64,000 bases of DNA from Nitrososphaerota archaeon (GTDB lineage: Archaea; Thermoproteota; Nitrososphaeria; Nitrososphaerales; Gagatemarchaeaceae). The notes under the pieces are model-generated. The model worked only from the letters and a program-made list of their open reading frames with translations. It was not told the origin of the DNA and searched no databases. Within the stretch, counting starts at the first letter, position 1. Each line of letters begins with the position of its first letter. The DNA is taken from contig JAPCJK010000001.1 of assembly GCA_027886975.1 (NCBI GenBank), forward strand, positions 12,892 to 76,891, in the 5' to 3' direction. The translations under genes were made by a program, and so were the position numbers. Positions 1 to 8,893 of the stretch are shown here, piece by piece.

Positions 1-117
1 TCTTCACTGCCGGGTGCGTCAAGCCCGCAAGCGCCAGCCAGTGTCCGGCCCCTGTGTCCTCATGCTCTTATCCGCCACCAAGGGACGGAGGGCCCTCATG
101 AGGATGGGATTTCGGGA

Positions 118-1125
118 ATGAGCGCACAGGTTGTGCTGCCTCGGCGTGGAGTAATGACAACGACCGCGGTGGAACACGTCGTCATCATAATGAAAGAGAA
201 TCACACGTTTGACAATTATTTCGGGACCTTCCCGGGCGCGAATGGGATTAGAATGCCTAGGTCGCCGAACCCTCCCCCGCGCGACCCCAACCACACCCAC
301 GCCGCATGGCTCACTCGAGATACCACGTCGGTAAGGGAGCAGTTTGTGGAACAGGACATTCCGGCATACTTTGACTATGCAAGGAAGTTCACCCTCTGCG
401 ACAACTACTACACGGATGTCGCCGGACCGTCGACTCCGAACCACCTGATGGTAGTTGCGGCGGATTCGCCGGTAATCGACAACCCGCCCCACTTCGGGAC
501 CGCGAGCTTCATGCTCTCCTCCTCGCTTCCTCTGAGTCTTGAGAAGGCGGGTCGGACCTGGAAGAGCTACGGTGGATTCGCCATGAACTATATGTCGGGA
601 ATCAATGCGAAGTGGAAGCAGACCTCGGCCCAGTTCAAGGCAGATGCGAACGCGGGCAATCTTGCAGACGTCTCCTGGGTCTGGGCGCCGGGACAGTACG
701 ACGAGCACCCGCCGTTCGGGAGTGTGAATGGCAATGTCACGGTGGGGATGCAATGGACCGTGGACCAGGTCGCCGCCCTGGTGGCAGGAGGGCTGTGGCA
801 AAAGTCGGTGGTATTCATCACCTGGGACGACTGGGGAGGGTGGTACGACCACGTGAACCCGCCCAATGTGGAGACCTGGACTGGTGGCGGCGCAAGTCCA
901 TCCTACAACGGGACGCAGTTCCGGTACGGTTCAAGGGTTGGATGCCTTGTACTGGGACCTCACGTCAAGGGAGGCTACGTTTCCAAGGCCCTGCACTCGC
1001 ACGTGAGCCTCGTCAAGTTCTGCGAAACAATTTTCGGGGTGAAGCCGATGAACGCACGCGACGCGAGTGCGGACGGCATGTCGGACTGCTTCGACTTCGC
1101 CCAGAGTCCGCTCGCCCCGCCTTAG
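118..1125 (+). CDS. Phosphoesterase family protein (phospholipase C / acid phosphatase type)
   Basis: 335-aa ORF. The N-terminal 'VEHVVIIMKENHTFDNYFGTFPG' is the typical opening of the phosphoesterase (PF04185-like) family. The start may be the ATG at 154. The antisense ORF 19..852 is judged spurious. Confidence 0.75.
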   Translation: MSAQVVLPRRGVMTTTAVEHVVIIMKENHTFDNYFGTFPGANGIRMPRSPNPPPRDPNHTHAAWLTRDTTSVREQFVEQDIPAYFDYARKFTLCDNYYTDVAGPSTPNHLMVVAADSPVIDNPPHFGTASFMLSSSLPLSLEKAGRTWKSYGGFAMNYMSGINAKWKQTSAQFKADANAGNLADVSWVWAPGQYDEHPPFGSVNGNVTVGMQWTVDQVAALVAGGLWQKSVVFITWDDWGGWYDHVNPPNVETWTGGGASPSYNGTQFRYGSRVGCLVLGPHVKGGYVSKALHSHVSLVKFCETIFGVKPMNARDASADGMSDCFDFAQSPLAPP

Positions 1126-1148
1126 GCCTAGTCTCGGGCTTCTTCGGT

Positions 1149-1868
1149 TTAGGGATTGCTTCTGAAGTAACGGGTCAGGGAAACCCCCTTGGCGTCTACT
1201 TTGAGGTTTACCTGCCATCGCTCAACACCCGCCTTCTCGGCAGCTCGTGCGGCCGCGAGTATCCTTCTGTTCGTGCCATCGGGAGCTGGAGGTTTGAAGG
1301 GCTTGGCATCATAGAGAAAGCACAAAACAATCTTGGCCCGCATGCCACTGGCAAGCGACCTTTGTAATTCCCCCATGTGCCTGATCAATCGGTCGAAGGA
1401 ATCGAACCTGCTGCGTTTCACTCTGGCAACTTCACCGCTTGCCGGGAGCATTATCAGAGGCGTTTTCACTTCGACGTAGGCGTTTCCAATTAGGAAATCA
1501 ATCCTTGATTTGCCGAGCTTGACCTCCCTTTGCACTTCGCCCCTGGCCAGACGAGCGAGTGCCCCCTTTCTCAAGAAGAACTCGAAGTATCTGTTGGCTG
1601 CTGTCTGGTTGATTCCCACCCAGCTATTGCTGCGCGGAGAGGTCGAGATGGCTTCTACGGTGTGCGCCGTCTTCCTCTTGACGTTCGTTGACGTTGAATA
1701 GAGACATGGCAATCCCTCCAGTTTCAGGTCGCCCAACCTCCCTGTCGTGGGGCAGTGACATCGGATTGTTTTGCCCTCAGATTTTACCATCATGATGAAC
1801 CTGTTCGGTCGAGAAAGGATTGTGCCCACGCGGAGGGGCCTGGGGAACCTGTAGACTCGCGATTTCAC
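1149..1868 (-). CDS. sfsA: Sugar fermentation stimulation protein SfsA homolog
   Basis: 239 aa. 'RPNRFIMMV...IRCHCPTTGRL', 'KSRIDFLI' and 'YVEVK' match the SfsA layout (OB-like N-domain plus PD-(D/E)xK-like C-domain). Confidence 0.8.
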   Translation of the reverse strand: MKSRVYRFPRPLRVGTILSRPNRFIMMVKSEGKTIRCHCPTTGRLGDLKLEGLPCLYSTSTNVKRKTAHTVEAISTSPRSNSWVGINQTAANRYFEFFLRKGALARLARGEVQREVKLGKSRIDFLIGNAYVEVKTPLIMLPASGEVARVKRSRFDSFDRLIRHMGELQRSLASGMRAKIVLCFLYDAKPFKPPAPDGTNRRILAAARAAEKAGVERWQVNLKVDAKGVSLTRYFRSNP

Positions 1869-1917
1869 TATGTTTCAGCTCTGCCCTCAATATCGGAAAG
1901 CATGACTCTTTGAAGTG

Positions 1918-2625
1918 TCAGAAGTCCCAGAATTCGCTCTTCATCCCGATGGAGTCCCAGTAGGCCATCAGCTCCTCCCTAGGGGGTCTTTCGTATTCTA
2001 GTTCCATCCTGCCTCTCGACAGCGGCCTGCAAACTTCTGCCATCTTCTCAACGGTCAGGGATTCTCCCTCCAGCCCGGGGTTGCTCGCCAGCCAATCCTT
2101 CATGTGTCCCTCGGAGGCGAAGTAGACCATGTTGTTGGAGCAGGTGTTGATCAGATTATCGTACCACTTGGCTACGGGCATGCTCAGGAATATCATCGGC
2201 ATGGGAGGGATGCTGGAACCGACTTTCCCGCGGCTGAGGGAGATCTCTATCGACTCGGCGCAATGGTGGCAGTGGGATTCAACCGTAGCTTCAGCGTCCA
2301 GCATGACATGCATGGAAACGGTGTCCCAGGCGCAGTTCGCGAAATATCGCCTTTCTCCTATTCTGACTCGGAATGGCGTGGTCACAGCAGAGTAAGGGTT
2401 GGCCATCAGGATTCTTTGCGTCCCAGGTACAAGGAGAATGTGATGTTCGGACTCGAGTCCCTTGAACCGCGAGTATGCTTCTTTCCTAGAAACCCGAAAA
2501 TGCTGCATGACTTCCTCCAAGGTGGGCGCTACGGAGTGTTCGAAGAAGCGGTCGAAGATGTACTTTCTGAGAGTCTTCAGATCTGAGTTCATCATCGGCA
2601 ACCCCTCAATCGCGTCGGCCTCCAT
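1918..2625 (-). CDS. merB: Organomercurial (alkylmercury) lyase MerB-family protein
   Basis: 235 aa. 'RYFANCAWDTVSM...VESHCHHCAESIEISLS' and 'NTCSNNMVYFASEGHMKDWLASNPGLEG' align from memory with MerB 'RLYAWCALDTLIFP...SSHCAATGAPVSLTVS' and 'SFCCHVHFFAS...DWASKHQGLEG'. The Cys/Asp/Cys catalytic positions are conserved. The start may be an internal Met. Confidence 0.7.
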   Translation of the reverse strand: MEADAIEGLPMMNSDLKTLRKYIFDRFFEHSVAPTLEEVMQHFRVSRKEAYSRFKGLESEHHILLVPGTQRILMANPYSAVTTPFRVRIGERRYFANCAWDTVSMHVMLDAEATVESHCHHCAESIEISLSRGKVGSSIPPMPMIFLSMPVAKWYDNLINTCSNNMVYFASEGHMKDWLASNPGLEGESLTVEKMAEVCRPLSRGRMELEYERPPREELMAYWDSIGMKSEFWDF

Positions 2626-2684
2626 ACCGGCGCTCGTAGATAAGAGTGAGATGTGTGGTTAATACGAGAAGCATCTAGCCCAGG

Positions 2685-3614
2685 ATGATGACCCGAGGCC
2701 AACTGCGACGCATACTGAATGAACTGAATGGGCAGCCGGAGGCATTGGAGAGGTTCGCCCGATCGAAGGTCCCGAAGGCACCACGTGGTTCCATTTTCGT
2801 AGGTGCGGGAGACTCCTATGCTGCGGCGCTTGCCGGGTTCTACGCGTCCAAAGGAAGCTGCACAGCGATCGACCCTTACGCTCTGGCCAGCGTCCCTGAA
2901 ATTGCGAAGGGACGGGAAGTGTTTTTCATTTCTGTATCTGGAAGGACTTCTTCCAACCTCCTCGCAGCGAGAAAGGTCAGTAAACTTGCGAAGATGACAA
3001 CAGCACTGACCGCCGTTCGTGAAAGCAAGCTAGCCGCGCTGACCGACCAGACTGTGGCACTTCCGATGACCTATGTCCCCAAAACGCCAGGTATGCTCTC
3101 TTTCAGCCTCTCGCTGCTCGCGGTCCTCAGCATAGTGAAGGTGGAGGCCTCCTGTGACTTCGAAAAGGCGTTTGAAAGTGCTCAATCGGACCGCAAGAAT
3201 ATTTCATTCGGAGGAGGGACCACCTACTTCCTTGGTAACTCCCTGGCCTATCCAGTGGCCCTCTACGCGGCGGCAAAGACTTACGAATTTCTGGGGGCCA
3301 AGGCGCACGCCGAGTTGGTGGAGGAATTCAGCCACTTGGAGTTGTTCTCGCTGAGGAGATCCGACTCGGTCAACCTGTTTGGATGCTTCGACCCCTCAAG
3401 AATGTCAAGGAAGCTATCGAGAGCACTAGCCGCCCATGGCTACGACTCCCACCAAATCGCAGCCCGCGGCAATTCAGACTTAGAGAGGATCTTCCATTCG
3501 GTCTTCGCATCCCAGCTAGCGGTCCTACACCGGGCTGAGGCTGCAGGGTTGAACGAACCCAAGTTCCTTTCCGCCGGCGACAGGTTGGACGTCAGTGATG
3601 CGATGATTTACTAA
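2685..3614 (+). CDS. SIS (sugar isomerase/phosphosugar-binding) domain protein
   Basis: 309 aa. 'FVGAGDSYAAA' and 'VFFISVSGRTSSNL' are SIS-domain signatures. A TATA-like 'ttaata' lies about 25 nt upstream of the ATG. Confidence 0.7.
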   Translation: MMTRGQLRRILNELNGQPEALERFARSKVPKAPRGSIFVGAGDSYAAALAGFYASKGSCTAIDPYALASVPEIAKGREVFFISVSGRTSSNLLAARKVSKLAKMTTALTAVRESKLAALTDQTVALPMTYVPKTPGMLSFSLSLLAVLSIVKVEASCDFEKAFESAQSDRKNISFGGGTTYFLGNSLAYPVALYAAAKTYEFLGAKAHAELVEEFSHLELFSLRRSDSVNLFGCFDPSRMSRKLSRALAAHGYDSHQIAARGNSDLERIFHSVFASQLAVLHRAEAAGLNEPKFLSAGDRLDVSDAMIY

Positions 3615-3806
3615 TCACAAAGTCGTTGAAGTCATATCTTCCAGCATAGCTGGCATTGCCAGGAAATTGCAGGCCAGTGGACCCGGGCCCGGGGGTAGCC
3701 CGCTGCGTCCCCTGAAGTTGATGACCATTTTCAACCTGGTTCATTGCCGCCTATGCGATGAACTTCCTGGTGCTGTACTACAGCAAGTAGTAGGGTTTCA
3801 CAGGGC

Positions 3807-5195
3807 CTAGGTTTTCTGCTTCCTCATCACGGCGACCAGCTCGCTGACGACCCTCTTCGCGTCGCCGAACACCATCATTGTGTTGGGGTTGTAGAAGAGG
3901 TCGTTCTCTACACCTGAAAAGCCCGGATTCATCGAGCGCTTGACGAAGACGACCGTCTTTGCCTTGTCCACGTCTAGGATCGGCATCCCATAGAGGGGCG
4001 AGTCGGTCTTGGTGCGGGCCGCTGGATTGGTGACGTCGTTGGCACCGACCACAATCACGACATCCGTCTCCGGAAACAACGGGTTGATTCTCTCCATCTC
4101 CCAAAGCTGGTCGTAGGGCACCTGCGCTTCGGCGAGGAGGACGTTCATGTGCCCCGGCATCCGGCCCGCGACAGGATGTATCGCGTATTTCACGTCGACT
4201 CCTCTGGCCTCGAGCACATCGGCCAGCTCCTTGACGACGTGCTGGGCCTGGGCGACCGCCATCCCGTAACCGGGGGCAAACACGACCGAGCGAGCGTTCC
4301 CAAGGACGGTCGCCACATCTTCGACCGTGTACGCCTGGGCTGTCTTCCCTGGCTCTCCCGGTTTGACTGTGGATTCGCTCCTGACTGCGCCCACTCCGCC
4401 GAACAATATATTGACGAAGGAGCGGTTCATCGCTTGGCTCATTATCAGGGCTAGAATCAGCCCAGAAGAGCCGTCCAGCGACCCCGCCACAATCAGCAGT
4501 TTGTTGTTGAGAACGAAACCCAACGCTGCCGCAGAAAGTCCGGCGAACGAGTTGAGTATTGCAATGACCGTTGGCATGTCCGCACCGCCTATCGCTACGA
4601 CCAGCTGGAATCCGAACAGGAGTGCGAGGGCTGCCATCACAGGAAGAATGATCTGTTGATCCTGGTAGGCAACTAGGAGCACCCCTGAGGCAACCGCAGC
4701 CCCCAGGGTCGTGAGGCTGACAACAGTTCTTCCCCGGAACAAGATCGGCCTTCCACTGACAATCCCCTGCAATTTCGCGAATGCCATTATGCTGCCCGTG
4801 AAAGTTAGGAAACCGAGTATCATTTCGGCGGATAGGACTGACATACTGAACGTGTCAATCCCAGGTTGGCCCTGGTAATACTCCGCCACCCCAACAAGCG
4901 CCACTGCCAGCGACCCGAAGGCGTGCGACATCGCGGTCCTTTGAGGGATTCCGGTCATGGCCACCTTGAGACCGATAGGCGCTCCGACTACCGATCCGAT
5001 GACAACGCCGCCAACAAGCAGGTCGACGCGCCCCACGTGAAACGCGTCGAGGGTGGCGACCACGGCCAAGCCCATCCCAGCGACCGCACAGAAGTTGCCA
5101 ACGCGGGAAGTCCTGACTTCGCTCATGAATTTGAGAGAAAGGACGAACAGGACCGCTGACACTATGTAGAGGTACTCGACGATTATGTCAGTCAT
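3807..5195 (-). CDS. pntB: NAD(P) transhydrogenase subunit beta
   Basis: 462 aa, polytopic N-terminal half plus a C-terminal NADP(H) domain ('GYGMAVAQAQH', 'HPVAGRMPGHMNVLLAEA', 'VIVVGANDVTNP'). The start ATG overlaps the pntAB stop (ATGA). Confidence 0.92.
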   Translation of the reverse strand: MTDIIVEYLYIVSAVLFVLSLKFMSEVRTSRVGNFCAVAGMGLAVVATLDAFHVGRVDLLVGGVVIGSVVGAPIGLKVAMTGIPQRTAMSHAFGSLAVALVGVAEYYQGQPGIDTFSMSVLSAEMILGFLTFTGSIMAFAKLQGIVSGRPILFRGRTVVSLTTLGAAVASGVLLVAYQDQQIILPVMAALALLFGFQLVVAIGGADMPTVIAILNSFAGLSAAALGFVLNNKLLIVAGSLDGSSGLILALIMSQAMNRSFVNILFGGVGAVRSESTVKPGEPGKTAQAYTVEDVATVLGNARSVVFAPGYGMAVAQAQHVVKELADVLEARGVDVKYAIHPVAGRMPGHMNVLLAEAQVPYDQLWEMERINPLFPETDVVIVVGANDVTNPAARTKTDSPLYGMPILDVDKAKTVVFVKRSMNPGFSGVENDLFYNPNTMMVFGDAKRVVSELVAVMRKQKT

Positions 5196-5500
5196 TTCTT
5201 GGGCTTCCTCTTCTCGAAGAGCTTCAGTATGCGATCCGTGATCAGGAACCCGCTCACGATGTTGGTTGCGGCCAGGGCAACCGCGACCCCAGCGAGCAAC
5301 GAGATTGACGCATCAGTTGTCTCAGACAGTACTATGAGCGCCGCGATGAACGACACAGAGGAGATTGCGTTGGTCAGCGCCATGAGGGGAGTGTGAAGAA
5401 GGCGCGACACGTGTCTGATGAGCTCCTGGCCGAGGAGTGTGGAAAGGAGGAAGATCAGCAGGTCGACCTCCAGGTCGCCTGGGGAGATTGGGATCGTCAG
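5192..5500 (-). CDS. pntAB: NAD(P) transhydrogenase subunit alpha part 2 (membrane domain), start codon uncertain
   Basis: The track gives only 72 aa from the GTG at 5410. The in-frame upstream codons read 'DLLIFLLSTLLGQELIRH-VSRLLHTPLMALTNAISS', which is the conserved first helix plus the 'HTPLM..TNAIS' motif of PntAB. There is no in-frame ATG/GTG/TTG upstream. The candidate start is CTG 5500..5498, overlapping the pntAA TGA as CTGA. ATC at 5494 or 5488 are alternatives. Confidence 0.7.
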   Translation of the reverse strand: MTIPISPGDLEVDLLIFLLSTLLGQELIRHVSRLLHTPLMALTNAISSVSFIAALIVLSETTDASISLLAGVAVALAATNIVSGFLITDRILKLFEKRKPKK

Positions 5501-6630
5501 TTGTTCCGCTCCAGTGCGTCTTTCAACGGCTTGTACACGACCTCGCCTTTGAGCAGGACCATAGGGTCCTTCACGAGTTGGTCTTGCGTGTCGAGGTTCA
5601 ACTTGCGGTCCTTGACGATGGCGCCAACGAATGAAGCGACGTTCCGAGAGAAGAGTTGGCTCGCCTGCGGTGCCATGTCTGAGGGCACGTTCAACGGTCC
5701 CCTGATGACGATCCCATGCTTCACAACCGTCTTCCCCGGTTCCGTCAATGTGCAGTTCCCGCCTTGCTCGGCTGCCAAATCTATTATCACCGAGCCGGGC
5801 CGCATACCCTTCACCGCGTCTTCCGAGATAAGTATGGGTGCCTTCTTCCCGGGTACAAGGGCGGTCGATATCACAACGTCCGCAACCTTCATGCGTTCAG
5901 CCAAGAGCTCCTGCTGTTTCCTGTAGAAATCCTCTGACTGGGACTTGGCATAGCCTCCGGAAGTCTGCGATTCCTGGGTTTGGAGAGGCAGCTCGACAAA
6001 CTTCGCCCCCAGACTTTCGATTTGCTCTTTGACCGTTGGACGCACGTCGTAGGCCTCCACCACTGCACCCAATCTGTGAGCCGTGGCGATCGCTTGGAGT
6101 CCTGAGACACCGGCTCCCAGAACAAAGACCCTGGCGGGGGCGATGGTACCGGCCGCCATCATCATCAACGGAAAGATCTTCGGCAACATGTCTGCAGCCA
6201 TTGTGACAGCCCTGTATCCCGCGAGGGTCGCCTGCGAGGAAAGAGTGTCCATGGCCTGTGCGCGACTAATCCGCGGCATCAGGTCGAGGGCGAAGGCTGT
6301 CACACCTCTTTCGGAGAGCTTCTTCATCGAAGGCAGATTGTTCAGAGGATAGAGGTAAGAAACAAGGGCGCCACCTTCCTTGAATCTGGCCGCCTCGTCA
6401 ACAGTCGGAACCTGGATCTTCAGAATTAGGTCTGCGTCCTCATACAGGCGTTTTGTGTCATCCACCACGCGTGCGCCAGCTTCGACGAAGGCGGCATCGG
6501 GGAACCCCGCCTGGGCTCCTGCATCCTTCTCAACTTCAATTGTAAGCTGTCCGATTTTAGGAATGGACTCCGGGACGATGGCGACGCGCTTCTCGCCCTC
6601 GGCAGTCTCCCGAGGAACGCCTCCTATCAT
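5497..6630 (-). CDS. pntAA: NAD(P) transhydrogenase subunit alpha part 1 (alanine-dehydrogenase-like dI)
   Basis: 377 aa. 'IGVPRE..EGEKRVAIVP' and the Rossmann motif 'VFVLGAGVSGLQAIATA'. It lies directly upstream of pntAB and pntB. Confidence 0.92.
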   Translation of the reverse strand: MIGGVPRETAEGEKRVAIVPESIPKIGQLTIEVEKDAGAQAGFPDAAFVEAGARVVDDTKRLYEDADLILKIQVPTVDEAARFKEGGALVSYLYPLNNLPSMKKLSERGVTAFALDLMPRISRAQAMDTLSSQATLAGYRAVTMAADMLPKIFPLMMMAAGTIAPARVFVLGAGVSGLQAIATAHRLGAVVEAYDVRPTVKEQIESLGAKFVELPLQTQESQTSGGYAKSQSEDFYRKQQELLAERMKVADVVISTALVPGKKAPILISEDAVKGMRPGSVIIDLAAEQGGNCTLTEPGKTVVKHGIVIRGPLNVPSDMAPQASQLFSRNVASFVGAIVKDRKLNLDTQDQLVKDPMVLLKGEVVYKPLKDALERNN

Positions 6631-6729
6631 CGCACATGAGCCATCTGCGAGTCGGGTTTAACGTTTGTTCAGTTCGTTTCTGGGGACCAAGGTTTTGGGG
6701 TCTCTCCAACCCCTGTCCCTCAATCTCTA

Positions 6730-8232
6730 TTGTTCGCCATCGAATTTCTTCGCCGCCGAGAACGCTTAAGGGGCGAATCGCGCCTTGCGCTAACTGTGAA
6801 CCGGGGAGCAGTCCTCGCGGTCGCGGTCCTGGCCGTGTTGGCGGTTTCCGCCTTCGCATTGCTGACGTCCTCTCCCGGAAAAGTTTCGACCACCAGTGGT
6901 GGGTCGTCGACGACATCCTCGAGCACGTCGACCACATCGACCACGAGCCATTCAACTAGTAGGGCCGGCTGCGGGTCGACGAATAATCCTCTCGTTGATT
7001 GGACCACGTACCATGGAAATAACTCGCGCGCAGGCTATGCTCCTGGCTCTATCGCCTGCGCCAAACCCGACTGGACGTCGCAGAAGCTTGATGGAGCGGC
7101 GTACGCTGAGCCACTTGTGTACACAGGGCTGGTGTTCGTTGCCACCGAGAACGATTCTGTGTATGCCCTTAATGAAACCAACGGGGCAATGGTCTGGAGG
7201 ACCCACATCGGGACTCCGGTGGATGGCTCTACGCTTCCATGTGGTAACATAAGTCCTAGCGGGATAACTGGGACGCCTGTCATTGACCCTGGAACAAACA
7301 CCATCTTCGTCGTAGCGTACGAGGCACCGGCAACGTTACACTATCTTGTGGCGCTGGGCATAACGGATGGCAGGGTCATCTTCTCGCAGCCTGCTGACCC
7401 TCCGGGGGCCATCGTAAAGGTCCAGCAAGAACGAGGGGCGCTGTCCCTGGCAAATGGCATGGTGTACGTTCCATACGGAGGTCTGGACGGGGACTGCGGT
7501 CAGTACCACGGGTGGGTCGTGGGGATCAAGGCTGATGGAAGCGGTGCAATGTTCTCTTATCAGGTTCCGACGGGCAGGGAGGGGGGAATTTGGGCGCCCT
7601 CGGGGGGAGCCATAGACTCAACGGGCAACCTGTTCGTGGCGACAGGCAACGGCGCGTCCTCATCAAACTTCGACTACGGAAACGCAGTGGTGAAGTTATC
7701 GCCGACCCTGCAGAAGCTCGACTACTTTGCTCCATCCAATTGGCTGCAGCTCAACAATGGGGACACGGACCTTGGCTCGGTTGGACCCCTTCTCGTCGGA
7801 CACAATGAGATTTTCCAAATCGGTAAGGAAGGGGTTGGGTACATTCTCAACGCGTCCAACCTTGGAGGGATTGGCGGGCAGATGTACTCGGGGGACGTCT
7901 GCTCGTCGGTCTACGGTGGGACAGCGACGGCGGGGGGTTACGTGTTCGTCCCCTGCTCCGACGGGCTGGTAGCGCTCTCGCTTTCCCCCAACACATTTCA
8001 GGTGCTCTGGAGAAGCCCCGGGTTCCCCTCAGGGCCCCCAATAGTGACGGGGAACGTAGTATGGGCGCTTGACACTTCGAGTGGAATTCTTCACGGGTAC
8101 GATGTGAAGTCGGGGACGTCGCTCTTTTCACTCAGCACCGGGCAGGTCACGCGGTTCACAACTCCGGCAACAGGGGACGGGCGTTTGTTTGTCGGCGCAG
8201 GTTCGAAGATTTTCGCCTTTCAGATATCTTGA
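6730..8232 (+). CDS. Secreted/anchored PQQ-like (BamB-type) beta-propeller repeat protein
   Basis: 500 aa. N-terminal hydrophobic anchor, a Ser/Thr-rich stretch, then repeated 'NDSVYALNETNGAMVWRT'-type blades. Confidence 0.7.
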   Translation: MFAIEFLRRRERLRGESRLALTVNRGAVLAVAVLAVLAVSAFALLTSSPGKVSTTSGGSSTTSSSTSTTSTTSHSTSRAGCGSTNNPLVDWTTYHGNNSRAGYAPGSIACAKPDWTSQKLDGAAYAEPLVYTGLVFVATENDSVYALNETNGAMVWRTHIGTPVDGSTLPCGNISPSGITGTPVIDPGTNTIFVVAYEAPATLHYLVALGITDGRVIFSQPADPPGAIVKVQQERGALSLANGMVYVPYGGLDGDCGQYHGWVVGIKADGSGAMFSYQVPTGREGGIWAPSGGAIDSTGNLFVATGNGASSSNFDYGNAVVKLSPTLQKLDYFAPSNWLQLNNGDTDLGSVGPLLVGHNEIFQIGKEGVGYILNASNLGGIGGQMYSGDVCSSVYGGTATAGGYVFVPCSDGLVALSLSPNTFQVLWRSPGFPSGPPIVTGNVVWALDTSSGILHGYDVKSGTSLFSLSTGQVTRFTTPATGDGRLFVGAGSKIFAFQIS

Positions 8233-8257
8233 TTTCGTGGATGGCTGCCCACGACTG

Positions 8258-8803
8258 TCAGTCGTGATACTTCTTTTCGCCGGCTCGAGTCGGGACGATT
8301 AGCCAGTTCTCCCTAGGCGGCAAGGGGCAGACAAAGTCCTCGCTGTATGCGCAGTAGGGGTTGTAGGCATAGTTGAAGTCGACGACATACTCGTCATCAT
8401 GCTCCACTTCCAAGTCCAGGTAGCGCGCCGAGCCATAGCTCTCTTTGCCCGAAGTGGCATCCCTGAAGGGAATGAAGAGGTTGGGGTCGGCACGTTCGGC
8501 CGACTGATATGCATGAAGTCGTACCGGCTTTCCGAGGATATTCAGGTCGAAGTATCCCTCCCTGTTGAAGAGTTGGCGTGTCCCCTTGCTTGTCGCCATG
8601 ATCACAGCGTCCGGATTCGAGGCCCTCTGGAGCTTCGCTTCGAACCTGTATGAGGGGTCAGGGTCGAAATACTTCAGCCCCGTGAACCTAGGTTTCTCGC
8701 CGAAGGGGAGCGGGGAATCGTGGCCGGTGAGGTAGAACTTGTCCTTCTCCTCCCTGAATCGGCTGAGCGCCCGTCTCCAAGTCTCCTGCTCTTCAGGAGT
8801 CAT
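8258..8803 (-). CDS. DUF1684 family protein
   Basis: Only the C-terminal 181 aa of track ORF 8258..9589 look real: 'MTPEEQETWRRALSRFREEKDKFY...SPLP...FTGLKYFDPDPSYRF...FNYAYNPYCAY'. The ATG is at 8803..8801. The upstream extension is antisense to the carboxypeptidase gene. Confidence 0.8.
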   Translation of the reverse strand: MTPEEQETWRRALSRFREEKDKFYLTGHDSPLPFGEKPRFTGLKYFDPDPSYRFEAKLQRASNPDAVIMATSKGTRQLFNREGYFDLNILGKPVRLHAYQSAERADPNLFIPFRDATSGKESYGSARYLDLEVEHDDEYVVDFNYAYNPYCAYSEDFVCPLPPRENWLIVPTRAGEKKYHD

Positions 8804-8893
8804 CGAACTCTCAATAACATCGCTCAAACAAGAATCTTGCGCCTCCACTGAAAATCGTTTAAAATCGGCCTTCCTAACGCTAGCTGTTAGCGT

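Noticed and set aside
19-852. A 277-aa minus-strand ORF overlapping the phosphoesterase gene.
   Set aside because: Arg/Pro/Gly-rich low-complexity translation with no motif, antisense to a gene with a clear family signature.
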